This document shows positions 41,135 through 50,211 of a stretch of DNA of 64,000 nt, in pieces. The DNA comes from Actinomycetes bacterium. Lineage in GTDB: Bacteria; Actinomycetota; Acidimicrobiia; Acidimicrobiales; Bog-793. Positions within the stretch are counted from its first letter, which is position 1, and each line of letters starts with the position of its first letter. The position numbers and the translations under genes were made by a program. The notes beneath the pieces are model-generated. The model had not been told where the DNA came from. It was given only the letters and a program-made list of their open reading frames with translations, and did no database searches. The DNA is taken from the NCBI GenBank assembly GCA_021829645.1, contig JAKBPI010000007.1, forward strand, positions 2,073 through 66,072, read 5' to 3'.

Positions 41135-41962
41135 ATGAATAACCGCAAAACAGGCTTTTCCGCACGTAAATTACCGCTTATTTTACTTTTTACAGCTGTC
41201 ATCACCTTACTTGCCCCAACTGCTGTCTTTGCAGCTGTTAGCAATAACTCTCACAAACCAACCGTGGTAACACATAAAAAAACAACCACAAAGAAAACCA
41301 CAAAGCGTAAGAAACCGGTAACAAAAAAGAAGGCGGCTGCCCCTTCTCTCTACTCCACCTACTGCCCTACGATAGGTACTCCGATATCATCATATGCCTC
41401 TCAGTATCGCCTGCCTGGAGTAGGCAGGGTATGCTTTGACAATTTTGGCTACCCCCACTTTACAGAAGTCCTACAACCCCCCGTTGAACTCAATATAGGC
41501 CGTGGACAGAGATTGGCCCTTATACCCTATAGTGTGGTCGGCTCTCCCTCGCTCAGTCTAGCCAACTATGTAGCGGTTTTATGGGTTCCCAAAAGAGGAA
41601 ACGTCAAACTGACACAAATGCTTTTACTCGGTTTTCCCCTGAATCCTCAGGACAAAACCCTTCACCTAAAGCAACGTATTTCCGTGGGACTAGACGCATC
41701 GTATCTAAAAAACATGATACCCACCGTACCAATCACGCTTCTCAACAACTGGATTCCCGCAGATAACTCTTTTGTGGTCACAAAAAACTCAACCGTAGCC
41801 GCCTGTGCCATATCTCAGTACACCAACACGATACCTTCCTCGAATAGACCTTACGCAGAATACAAATTCATCTTCACACGCCAGGGAACACACTTCAAAA
41901 TCAGTCACATTATCGCCAAGCATATTCTCAACGGAAAGTACCTTACCTGCAATAAGCTTTGA
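41135..41962 (+). CDS. Secreted hypothetical protein with a Lys/Thr-rich linker
   Basis: GGAGGGG lies upstream of the ATG. The signal peptide ends in AVFA-AV. A KKTTTKKTTKRKKPVTKKK tract follows. The mature part has four Cys. Confidence 0.6.
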   Translation: MNNRKTGFSARKLPLILLFTAVITLLAPTAVFAAVSNNSHKPTVVTHKKTTTKKTTKRKKPVTKKKAAAPSLYSTYCPTIGTPISSYASQYRLPGVGRVCFDNFGYPHFTEVLQPPVELNIGRGQRLALIPYSVVGSPSLSLANYVAVLWVPKRGNVKLTQMLLLGFPLNPQDKTLHLKQRISVGLDASYLKNMIPTVPITLLNNWIPADNSFVVTKNSTVAACAISQYTNTIPSSNRPYAEYKFIFTRQGTHFKISHIIAKHILNGKYLTCNKL

Positions 41963-42065
41963 TATAGGTGATCAAAGAACTTTTACAAAGTTTTGGTCAA
42001 CAAAAACATCGACTTGTGAAATGAGCTCTTTTCAGGCACGGCAGTATTGCCTCAAAAAGCTTGCC

Positions 42066-43832
42066 CTAGTCCTGCATCTTGGAGTCGTTCTCAAGCAATA
42101 ACAGTGACTGTTTGGTTTTCTTATCGAGTTGAGATGCCGCCACGGCTTTAAAAAATCTGAGCTTTGTCAAAGGATTGGATGAACCGGACATCTCCTTTAG
42201 TATGGCGCCTACCAATGTCGTACCCATATTAGCGTTACCCAATATAAAAGATTTCTTAGCTGATTTTTTATGCTTTTTTTTACCTATCCCGACAAGCGGA
42301 ATCGATATTTCACTTCTGAGGCGTTTATATGCCTTGGAATGCGATCTTAGATTTTGATCGCTTTTTGCACCCTTTGTAGATACGATCTCTTTGTAAAAAT
42401 TACCTACGGAAAACGGGGAAGATAAAATGTTTACAGTTACAGTCGAGGGGGGAATGACAGACGGCACTCCCCCGGACGGGGTGGTGGTAGCTTTGGGCTG
42501 CTCGCTTTCATCCATTGAATCAGGCTGATACATAACAGCTCTGATTTCATCACTTTTTGGCAATAGGTAGCCGCCGCCAGACATCGAACCAAGACTAGTG
42601 TCCTTACCACCGGAAACACCCCAAATAGCTCCCGATAACGTTCCGGAATTCCTCCTTGTCAGATGAGGCTGTGAAGGGTTTGGAACGTGAAAAACATGAT
42701 CATAGGCATCTTTTGGTGTTAACTTTAGATTATGCAGATGACTCGGCATATGACTGATGGTCGTAGGAGGTAATTGGGTAGTACTAGAAGGAGGACTGAC
42801 AACTGCCTGCCAAGTCGTGGGAACCCAACGGGGAAATGTTATGGTTTTAGTTTTCAATGTTGCTAAATCAGTCGAAGACAATTGTGTTCCCAAGGCTGGC
42901 CCGAGCACACCACTTTTTAGCAATTGATCACCTGTACGCGTGAAATCATCACCAGAATAGCTCACCGTGACTTTGTAGTTAAATGTTTGAGCACTCATGA
43001 GATTTTCCGGAATGGATTCCCAGCCACGCATGAGACCTTGATTGAAGTGTTTATTCTCCTGTGGAGCTATATTTCCGTGGACGTCGGCATTTTTACCTTC
43101 CAACAGAGTGTGCTCTACCAAGTGTCCGCCGTCATAGGTATTTCCCAAATCCTGTCTGTTGAAAACAGATCTCTCCATAGCCCCAAAATGGCCGTATGGA
43201 CCGATAACTGTGTTGTCACGGTCTTTACTATCGACTTTGGAAAGTGAAGTTGGATCGATCGAAGCTGAGACCTCACCGGCACGTTTGTATGTGTTTGTAG
43301 CGTATTCACTAGGTTGTTTAGTCCCCAAGCCGTGAAACTTATATTGCTCAAGCAGAGAGGCGGCTTTAAAGAAAGGTTCGAGGTTGTTGTGCAACACTTC
43401 TATAGGAGATTCAACTTTCTTATCAGGAGTCATCGAATTGATGACCGATTTACGCTGCAAGAGCAGATCCTGTAACGGATCTTTTGTGTCCCTAGTGTCT
43501 TTTGCAGATTGAGGAACTGAGTTGGAGGATACACTAGCGGAATTCCTTTTTCCTGTCGAACTTTTCACGGAAGCTTTTTTAGACGAAGTATTGCGATGTA
43601 AAAAATCTCTTTGCATAAACCACGGAGCGCCGTTTTCATCACCCGACAAAGACGCGGCAATGAGCTTTTGGGTATTTTTATTACCGAGAATACGCTGCAT
43701 ATTGAGAAGATGATGAGCAGGTGAAGCGGGAGTATGGAAAGAATCTACCCCGGAAGATCCGACTTGCCGAGAACTTTGCGATCCATGTCTAGGCAAAGAG
43801 ACAGCAGAATCTGATTTTTTACACTCACCCAC
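42066..43832 (-). CDS. Hypothetical protein with an LQRxxGN-type N-terminal leader and a DNA/RNA non-specific endonuclease (beta-beta-alpha-Me) motif
   Basis: Near the N-terminus it reads HLLNMQRILGNKNTQKLIAAS. Centrally it reads YDGGHLVEHTLLEGKNADVHGNIAPQENKHFNQGLMRGWE. This parallels the Serratia nuclease pattern DRGH...N(I/L)xPQxxxxNQGxWxxxE. Confidence 0.6.
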   Translation of the reverse strand: MGECKKSDSAVSLPRHGSQSSRQVGSSGVDSFHTPASPAHHLLNMQRILGNKNTQKLIAASLSGDENGAPWFMQRDFLHRNTSSKKASVKSSTGKRNSASVSSNSVPQSAKDTRDTKDPLQDLLLQRKSVINSMTPDKKVESPIEVLHNNLEPFFKAASLLEQYKFHGLGTKQPSEYATNTYKRAGEVSASIDPTSLSKVDSKDRDNTVIGPYGHFGAMERSVFNRQDLGNTYDGGHLVEHTLLEGKNADVHGNIAPQENKHFNQGLMRGWESIPENLMSAQTFNYKVTVSYSGDDFTRTGDQLLKSGVLGPALGTQLSSTDLATLKTKTITFPRWVPTTWQAVVSPPSSTTQLPPTTISHMPSHLHNLKLTPKDAYDHVFHVPNPSQPHLTRRNSGTLSGAIWGVSGGKDTSLGSMSGGGYLLPKSDEIRAVMYQPDSMDESEQPKATTTPSGGVPSVIPPSTVTVNILSSPFSVGNFYKEIVSTKGAKSDQNLRSHSKAYKRLRSEISIPLVGIGKKKHKKSAKKSFILGNANMGTTLVGAILKEMSGSSNPLTKLRFFKAVAASQLDKKTKQSLLLLENDSKMQD

Positions 43833-44072
43833 ACGGATATGCTAACAGCAAAGACCAAAACCCGCAACTGCCAAAGAAGGCATTTCGAACCCACACCACG
43901 ATTCCAAATACGCTACTTGTCAAAAGTATCCTGTTCACCTGTTTTCACAACCAAGGATATGAAGGAAACATCTCATACTCATCCTAATGTGAACATCTCG
44001 AAGAAATGCAAATCCCTTACATAGTGATTTTAAAACCACCCAAAAAGAAATCTTTCGAAAAACCTGACTTAG

Positions 44073-44089
44073 GCATTGTCCGACAATGC
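44073..44089. repeat. 17-bp palindrome GCATTGTC-c-GACAATGC
   Basis: It is a perfect 8-bp inverted repeat around one central base. It lies in the intergenic region between bglX-like and the upstream region of the toxin-like gene. Confidence 0.5.
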
Positions 44090-44106
44090 TTCAAAAAATA
44101 TTTATC

Positions 44107-44130
44107 CCGTTGCTAAATCCGTTGCTAAAT
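44107..44130. repeat. Perfect tandem duplication of the 12-mer CCGTTGCTAAAT
   Basis: I read it directly. The two copies sit head to tail, about 30 nt downstream of the GH3 gene stop. Confidence 0.6.
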
Positions 44131-44158
44131 AAAGAGGCAAATTCCCGAGATAAAGGTT

Positions 44159-46411
44159 TTATTCGACTATCTCCTGATCAAAATCAAGCCCTATATCCGG
44201 TGGTAAAAATTCGTCCCGTTCAACCAAGACTTTATGGGAGTATACAATATCAGCCGAAGAAAAACCTATACAGATTTCGTATTCCCCACTGTCTACATAC
44301 CAACCGGGTTTTTCCCTATGGGAAACCTCAGGAAGTTCACCACCGTGTGAATACAAAAAAGGCGAATTCTGAGCTTTCAGGCTTTCCCATTCCGCGTCCC
44401 CTGGATCATAGTAGGCAAAGTCTCTTTTGGAAAAACTAAAACTGCGCTTAGTTTCTTGAAAGGCATCAAGAGACACTTTTGCAAAACGTTTTAGTTCCTT
44501 TAGGGGTCTTGGTAAGCGGATGGGAGACGCTGAGTTGTTGGGTTTTATATACGCCTGTACGCAAGCACTCCCCCTCCGTGATGAAATATTGCGTACCGAA
44601 AAGCTCAAAGCAAACATAAAGCCGGGCTCAGGTAAGAGTACTGCTGGATCTTCAATAGCAAAACTTGCATAGGAAAGTCCATAACCAAAGGGGTAAAGTG
44701 GTTCAATGGCTCTTTTTTCATACCATCTATACCCCATGAAAATTCCCTCTCGGTAGTCGACTTTTCCGTTTACCGGGAAAAAATTACAAAATGCTGGAGT
44801 ATCCTCCATGCGCTGTGGAACAGTCACCGGTAATCTCCCGCCAGGATCTGCTTCTCCCAGTAAAATATCGCAAAGTGCCTTTGGCATTTCCATGCCACCA
44901 AAAAACGCCTGTAATAAAGCGGGACACTTTTTTGCCCACGGCATCAAATAAGGAGTTCCCGAGTTGACGACAATGACGGTATTTTTATTGACCTCTAAAA
45001 TCTCCGTTGCCAACTTGTCTTGACCACCGGGGAGATAAAGGCTTTTCTTGTCATAACCTTCACTTTCTATTTTGTTATCAGTTCCTAAAATAAGTAAAAC
45101 ATATTGAGAATTTTGTGCAATATGTTTACACTCACTTATATATTCATCGGATACGCTAGCAACAGCAGCGTCATTTAGACTAGCCTTGCAGTGATGTACT
45201 TTAGCATTGGGCAAAGATTTCCGCATGAGTTCAACAAATGAATACTCCTGATGAGTAACGACTCCGGCAGAACCTCCTCCCATAATTGATAAGTAGTCAC
45301 TGCGTAGCCCCATAATCGCGAGAGATGAAATATCGTTTTTAGAAAGAGGCAACAAAGATTTATTTTCAAGTAATACAACTGCCGATGCGGCAAGCTTATA
45401 TTGTATTTCCCTGTCCTCCACACAGTCAACGGGGTGTTCTTCCATCAAAGGAGTATCTGATGAAGCATTTTTAGTGGTGGCAGTTGACTCTTTAGATAAT
45501 GAGCGTTGTCGCAATAAGTCATCTATGCGTTCAATATCGACAATACCCACTCTGGACAGGGAAAAGATAATGTGAAAAACTTTTTGATCTAATACTTCTT
45601 CTGATAACGAACCATCCATTATCTGATCTTTCAGATTAGAAGAAAAATATCTGGCCGGACCGGGCATTTCCACATCAAGACCTGCTTTAAATGAAGACTG
45701 AGCGTTGAAATTGGCATACCAATCACTCATCACAAAACCATCAAATCCCCATTCTTTGCGTAGGATTTCGCTTAGGTAATAGGATTGATCCGGGACAAAT
45801 GCACCATTCAAGCGTGGGTAGCCAGTCATTACGGAAGCCACTTTTCCTTTTTTCACCGCATATTCGAAAGGAAGTAAATAAATCTCGCGCAATGTCTGCT
45901 CGTCTATTTCAGAAGATGCGTTGTAACGTTCCGTTTCAGACTCGTTACCTACGTAGTGCTTGGCTGTGGCGATGACATTTTCTGACTGCACGCCGGCAAT
46001 GAAGGCTGCACCCAGATAACCGGCATGGGTGGGGTCTTCGGAAAAAGTCTCAAAACAGCGTCCCCAAAGTAAATGCCTTGCCAGATTGAGCGTAGGAGCA
46101 AGAAGCACACTTATCCCTTTTTCTTTTGCCTGTACAGCTAGAATTCTTCCCCCTTCACGAAGCAATTCTTCGTCAAAACTGGCACCAAGTCCCATGGCAC
46201 AGGGAATACAAAGAGAAGGTGTGATGCTCACATGATCTCTTGTGGCTCCACGCACGCCGTTTGGCCCGTCGCTCACCTTTATGGGAGCTATGCCGATTCT
46301 TTCACAGCCACCCATGTGCCAAGTGTCGATACCTGCGGTAAAGGAAAGTTTTTCGTCTAAGGTGAGATCTTGAATAACGTTGTGTATTTTTTCTCGTAAA
46401 TTCACTTTCAA
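44159..46411 (-). CDS. Glycoside hydrolase family 3 beta-glucosidase
   Basis: The GH3 N-domain has KVSDGPNGVRG and the nucleophile region GFVMSDW. A C-terminal alpha/beta domain and an FnIII-like tail are also present. Confidence 0.9.
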   Translation of the reverse strand: MKVNLREKIHNVIQDLTLDEKLSFTAGIDTWHMGGCERIGIAPIKVSDGPNGVRGATRDHVSITPSLCIPCAMGLGASFDEELLREGGRILAVQAKEKGISVLLAPTLNLARHLLWGRCFETFSEDPTHAGYLGAAFIAGVQSENVIATAKHYVGNESETERYNASSEIDEQTLREIYLLPFEYAVKKGKVASVMTGYPRLNGAFVPDQSYYLSEILRKEWGFDGFVMSDWYANFNAQSSFKAGLDVEMPGPARYFSSNLKDQIMDGSLSEEVLDQKVFHIIFSLSRVGIVDIERIDDLLRQRSLSKESTATTKNASSDTPLMEEHPVDCVEDREIQYKLAASAVVLLENKSLLPLSKNDISSLAIMGLRSDYLSIMGGGSAGVVTHQEYSFVELMRKSLPNAKVHHCKASLNDAAVASVSDEYISECKHIAQNSQYVLLILGTDNKIESEGYDKKSLYLPGGQDKLATEILEVNKNTVIVVNSGTPYLMPWAKKCPALLQAFFGGMEMPKALCDILLGEADPGGRLPVTVPQRMEDTPAFCNFFPVNGKVDYREGIFMGYRWYEKRAIEPLYPFGYGLSYASFAIEDPAVLLPEPGFMFALSFSVRNISSRRGSACVQAYIKPNNSASPIRLPRPLKELKRFAKVSLDAFQETKRSFSFSKRDFAYYDPGDAEWESLKAQNSPFLYSHGGELPEVSHREKPGWYVDSGEYEICIGFSSADIVYSHKVLVERDEFLPPDIGLDFDQEIVE

Positions 46412-46687
46412 GTCCTCAGCTTTGCTACCTTGATATATTACCCCTTATCTAATGCAGCCGGCATAATCTGCTTCTATATTATGGTTTCCCCACCAAGAAG
46501 CATCTCTAGTCAACGATAAGTACAGCCAAGATGTTTCAGAAAATACAATAAGCCGGAATAAGCACGATAAAGAAGTATAGCTTGACTGATTACACTATTT
46601 TTATTAACTTTTTCTTGATCCAAATAAGCACTGCTGAATTCTCAAAATAAATGCTACTTCCTTACGGTAACTATAGCAAAGGCTCTA

Positions 46688-47105
46688 TTACATATTATTT
46701 ATACGAGCTTTAGTTGTTAAATAGCGTTGATATTTTTTGCGTGCGCTTTTTGATATTTCATTCCATCCTACAATCAAGGCATGGGCAGCATTGCGAGGGT
46801 GGTATTCGTCTTGTATTCCTTGTGGCCAAGGGTCATCTCGCACACCTATACAAGATCTGACATTTTGTACTTGTATACCTAAGACGACTTCAGTCGGCTT
46901 TAATAAAATATCTTTAGGTACTAAATTAAAATTTTATAAAATTTTTTCCCCATACACAGACACCCGTCGTCTTGATAGCAAATGCAGCACTAGATGCTCG
47001 CTTTTCGCCTGTGGTAGAATCTACCTTCCACATATTTGGGTTTTTTGTACTTACTCTTCGCAAAAGAATTTCTTCACTTAATATATTTGTATTATCAAGC
47101 ATCAT
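46688..47105 (-). pseudogene. Frameshifted small gene of unknown family (59-aa N-part plus roughly 79-aa C-part)
   Basis: I translated it by eye. The first part is MMLDNTNILSEEILLRRVSTKNPNMWKVDSTTGEKRASSAAFAIKTTGVCVWGKNFIKF, ending at the stop at 46926-46928. In the +1 frame it continues NLVPKDILLKPTEVVLGIQVQNVRSCIGVRDDPWPQGIQDEYHPRNAAHALIVGWNEISKSARKKYQRYLTTKARINNM. Confidence 0.4.
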
Positions 47106-47146
47106 AGAGTTCTTTATGATATCATTACGGCAAGTTTTCTTACTTC

Positions 47147-47527
47147 TTAGGCTATTTTTCCTATCATATGAAGATCTCTCAATTGAAATTCTCCTTCAAA
47201 TTTTATATCTCCAGAATCGTCAACAAATACTACAAAAGCGTTACCATTTTCATCAATTTCAATTTCAAGCTGATTCCCGCCTACGAATAACTCAATCTGC
47301 ATTCCACCGGCTACCAATGGAAAAAACTGAACCAACTCGATATAATCCTTAGCTATAGCATAAGTAATATATGCTGCTTTGCTGGCAGCTTCTCTGGATA
47401 CGGGTTTAGCATATTCGCCATCCCAACCTTCAGGGAGCTGATACAAGTTTTGAATCTTAGATTTTATCTGATCACTTTTTCCATTATCTTTTTCTTCACC
47501 ACTCAATAATGACTTTTGATGATCCAA
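47147..47527 (-). CDS. Hypothetical 126-aa protein (LPEGWDGEYAKPVS motif)
   Basis: This is an ORF-track entry with a TTG start, and it looks like a real globular sequence. It sits 41 nt upstream of the frameshifted gene on the same strand. Confidence 0.5.
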   Translation of the reverse strand: MDHQKSLLSGEEKDNGKSDQIKSKIQNLYQLPEGWDGEYAKPVSREAASKAAYITYAIAKDYIELVQFFPLVAGGMQIELFVGGNQLEIEIDENGNAFVVFVDDSGDIKFEGEFQLRDLHMIGKIA

Positions 47528-47621
47528 GTATTTATTACTATTATATGTAAAAACATTGTGGTATCCATAGGATCAGGATTGATGAATTGACCTTTTAATA
47601 CTAAGGTATCTGTCAGTATCG

Positions 47622-47762
47622 TCATATTACTTTTCCCCGTTTCTCGTGTATCTCACCAAGTGTCAATCCGTCAAAGTTCCTAACTATATCTTCATATACT
47701 TCATCCAGCAATTCTAATGCAGATTCAAAATTTTCACTTCTTGGAGTAGTCAATACTCTCAT
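47622..47762 (-). CDS. Possible 46-aa acidic small protein
   Basis: I translated it by eye as MRVLTTPRSENFESALELLDEVYEDIVRNFDGLTLGEIHEKRGKVI. It lies below the ORF-track size cut-off and has no strong SD. Confidence 0.25.
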   Translation of the reverse strand: MRVLTTPRSENFESALELLDEVYEDIVRNFDGLTLGEIHEKRGKVI

Positions 47763-47841
47763 CTTCAATATGTCAAACCATTGGGAGAGAATCCTTTATA
47801 CCTAAAATAAGCCCCAGACATCTTTTGCGCAAGACTTAACC

Positions 47842-48256
47842 TCACTTCTCCAGTGCTTCTTTTCTGAGAGTCCTTAGGGTGTCCGGAGTACCATGATCGA
47901 TACAATTCGCAAATGAGATATTCAACCTTCCAACCTGCAAGAAATACAGATGCACGAACTTGTCGTCAGAAGACAGTGTCCTCGGTTCTTCTATAGAAAC
48001 TCATATACCGATCCGGGCTTTATCGGCTTGGCACAAAATGCTTCGGTATCTGTAAGACTGGTTGACTCCCTAGATTCCCAATATATAAATATTTTACCTA
48101 ACCAGAATAAAGGCTGCTTTGAGTGCACCGGAAGGCTCCAAACAGAAGCCAGTAATTTCCAAATAGGAACCACGTATTATTTAGTAGGCTACTAGGCATA
48201 TGACCGGTCAGGTTGATCTCTTTTATATTCTGAACTGTATTTATTCCAGTACCCAT
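47842..48256 (-). pseudogene. Degraded gene of unknown family (three pieces in different frames)
   Basis: The ATG at 48256 follows GGAGAAAAGG and opens MGTGINTVQNIKEINLTGHMPSSLLNNTWFLFGNYW.... The pieces continue in other frames as ...WLGKIFIYWESRESTSLTDTEAFCAKPIKPGSVYEFL and EEPRTLSSDDKFVHLYFLQVGRLNISFANCIDHGTPDTLRTLRKEALEK. Confidence 0.3.
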
Positions 48257-48451
48257 TGCCTTTTCTCCTTTTTTGAATCATAGGATTCTCTTGTTAGTTG
48301 TTTCAATTATGGGACCAGGGCAGTCAAAAGATTAACCAAGTTAGTAAGCAACTTTCTTACATATACATCTATGATATACATTGTAAATATTTTTACCAAA
48401 TAGAGCATACTTGCAAAGCTGCTCTTCCTCTGAAGCTAAACGACCCAAATA

Positions 48452-48814
48452 TCAGCCGTCGTGAGAAAGAACGTTTTGTATTTTTTGATAGACGCCTTCA
48501 GGGTCTTTGCAGCCTATAACCCAAGCGTCATACGGTCCCGCTGAAAAAGATATTTTTAATCCGCGAGGAGTATTTTGGTGTACGGCTGCAAAAAGCTTCT
48601 CATCGGCTGTATGGATAGATCCGACTTCTACTACCCCAGGGAGACGCTCACCGACCTTGAATCCCATATCAACCGGAGTATGTGCATCTTCTAGAATCTC
48701 TACGGAAGTAATTTGGTTCAACTTGGCATTTGGCTCTCTGTGTACACCAAGGATCTTTTCTCCAAAAGTTAGGTGTAAGTGAATAGTATCTTCTTTAATA
48801 ACGACTTCTGCCAT
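48452..48814 (-). CDS. Hypothetical 120-aa protein, divergent partner of the ArsR-family regulator
   Basis: This is a clean ORF (MAEVVIKEDTIHLHLTFGEKILGVHREPNAKLNQITSVEIL...). I do not recognise the family. Confidence 0.6.
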   Translation of the reverse strand: MAEVVIKEDTIHLHLTFGEKILGVHREPNAKLNQITSVEILEDAHTPVDMGFKVGERLPGVVEVGSIHTADEKLFAAVHQNTPRGLKISFSAGPYDAWVIGCKDPEGVYQKIQNVLSHDG

Positions 48815-48841
48815 TTTTTTGCCTCAGTATCTCTTGCCTGA

Positions 48842-48863
48842 TTATTATTAAATTTAATAATAA
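48842..48863. promoter_or_regulatory. Perfect 22-bp palindrome TTATTATTAAATTTAATAATAA, candidate operator
   Basis: I verified by hand that it is self-complementary. It lies in the 100-bp divergent intergenic region between 48814 and 48915. Confidence 0.5.
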
Positions 48864-48914
48864 CCTAATAGCTAACAATAATCTGAGTAAGCAAAATACA
48901 AATAGAATTATCCG

Positions 48915-49436
48915 ATGAAACAAGTAGATTTACTATTGCACCCCGTTCGCATGAGAATTATTCAGGCATTTTTAGGCGAAAAGAGCCTCACCACAAGTCA
49001 ACTTGCAGACGATCTTACAGACATCCCCAAAGGAAGCCTTTACCGCCATGTTGGACTGCTTAAAAAAGCGGGAGTCCTTCGGATCGTTAGCGAAAAAAGG
49101 GTACGGGCAACCATAGAGCGGACATATATGCTGAGCTTGGCTTCTGCCAGACTCAGCCCGAAAGATATATCCGATTTAACGCCACATGACTTATTGGAAG
49201 GATTCCTCGCCTATGTGTCATCACTGATTGCAGAAGGCGAGCATTACTTGAGCAATCCGGCAGCCGAACCAGTCGTCGACGGTTTTGGATTTCGGGTAGC
49301 CGGAGTGTGGCTGAGCGATGAAGAATATGCTTCTTTTTCTCGCAAGTTAGCAGATGTCTATCAAGAAGCCATCATAAAACAGTCAGGTGAGAACAAGAAG
49401 CGAAGGGTTATTTATACAGTGATAATCCCTGGATAG
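48915..49436 (+). CDS. ArsR-family (winged HTH) transcriptional regulator
   Basis: LLHPVRMRIIQAFLGEKSLTTSQLADDLTDIPKGSLYRHVGLLKKAGVLRIV is a typical HTH_20/ArsR pattern. Confidence 0.8.
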   Translation: MKQVDLLLHPVRMRIIQAFLGEKSLTTSQLADDLTDIPKGSLYRHVGLLKKAGVLRIVSEKRVRATIERTYMLSLASARLSPKDISDLTPHDLLEGFLAYVSSLIAEGEHYLSNPAAEPVVDGFGFRVAGVWLSDEEYASFSRKLADVYQEAIIKQSGENKKRRVIYTVIIPG

Positions 49437-49569
49437 CTCCGGATGACAACAAGCAAATCTTAGATTGGACTACACAGATGGGCAAAATCAGCAATTCACA
49501 ACCAAGCTTGAAGGAAGAACGCTGTGATCAGGCACTTCTACTGCTTGGGTACCGATTCTACAACAATAT

Positions 49570-49919
49570 AGTCGGCATTAATTCAACAATGCGAAACCGC
49601 TGAGGCTCTCGCAAAACGGCTCGTATGGGAGTGGTTGACACAATACATGTTTAAAGATTGCGACGATAGCCATATGAGAGCAGAAAAGGTTGCCGACTAC
49701 TTTGCCGATTATAAAATACACCAATCGCACAGCCTTGTTATAGACCGCCAACAGACACGTGAACAAGGAGTGGTCGTCGAAGATCTTGAATCGGATCAAT
49801 ACCTTCAAAATGCCGCCCTAACGGTTCATCATGCCACAATGCATACTTTCTATGGATCGGCAGTCAAAATTGTAGAAAACCATCTCGGACAGACATTCGC
49901 GAAACCGGTTAACCAATGA
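49570..49919 (+). pseudogene. C-terminal fragment of an SDH-type (ClpP-fold, S49-like) serine protease
   Basis: ...AKRLVWEWLTQYMFKDCDDSHMRAEKVADYFADYKIHQSHSLVIDRQQTREQGVVVEDLESDQYLQNAALTVHHATMHTF resembles the C-terminal third of serine dehydrogenase proteinase family members. The reading frame is closed by a stop at about 49569, and no N-terminal catalytic part is present. Confidence 0.45.
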
Positions 49920-50211
49920 TTGTATTGATACCTATGCTCGGAATAGAATCTATCGATGTACCCCTTTCAACTGTTACCTCTCCACACCATGAGAAGGATC
50001 AGCCGACGTTACCGACACGTAAATAGTTCAGATAGTTAAAAAAACAACCGCACTGGTTCTAAAAATCTCATGCACTCATGTAGATCGCATCAAGGCAACC
50101 GCACAGCCACGTACCAGACCAAAGGCCTTACCAATCCGGGAAATTACTCGCATTGTCAGACATCAAGACTACATAAGTACCAACAGAAGCGCTCACTCAT
50201 ATAATGGAGAC

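Noticed and set aside
46926-46934. The TTT-TAA site interpreted as a definite programmed +1 frameshift.
   Set aside because: No stimulatory SD-like element lies at the prfB-type distance. The neighbourhood is full of other broken genes. Simple pseudogenisation is at least as likely, so I kept it only as an alternative within a finding.
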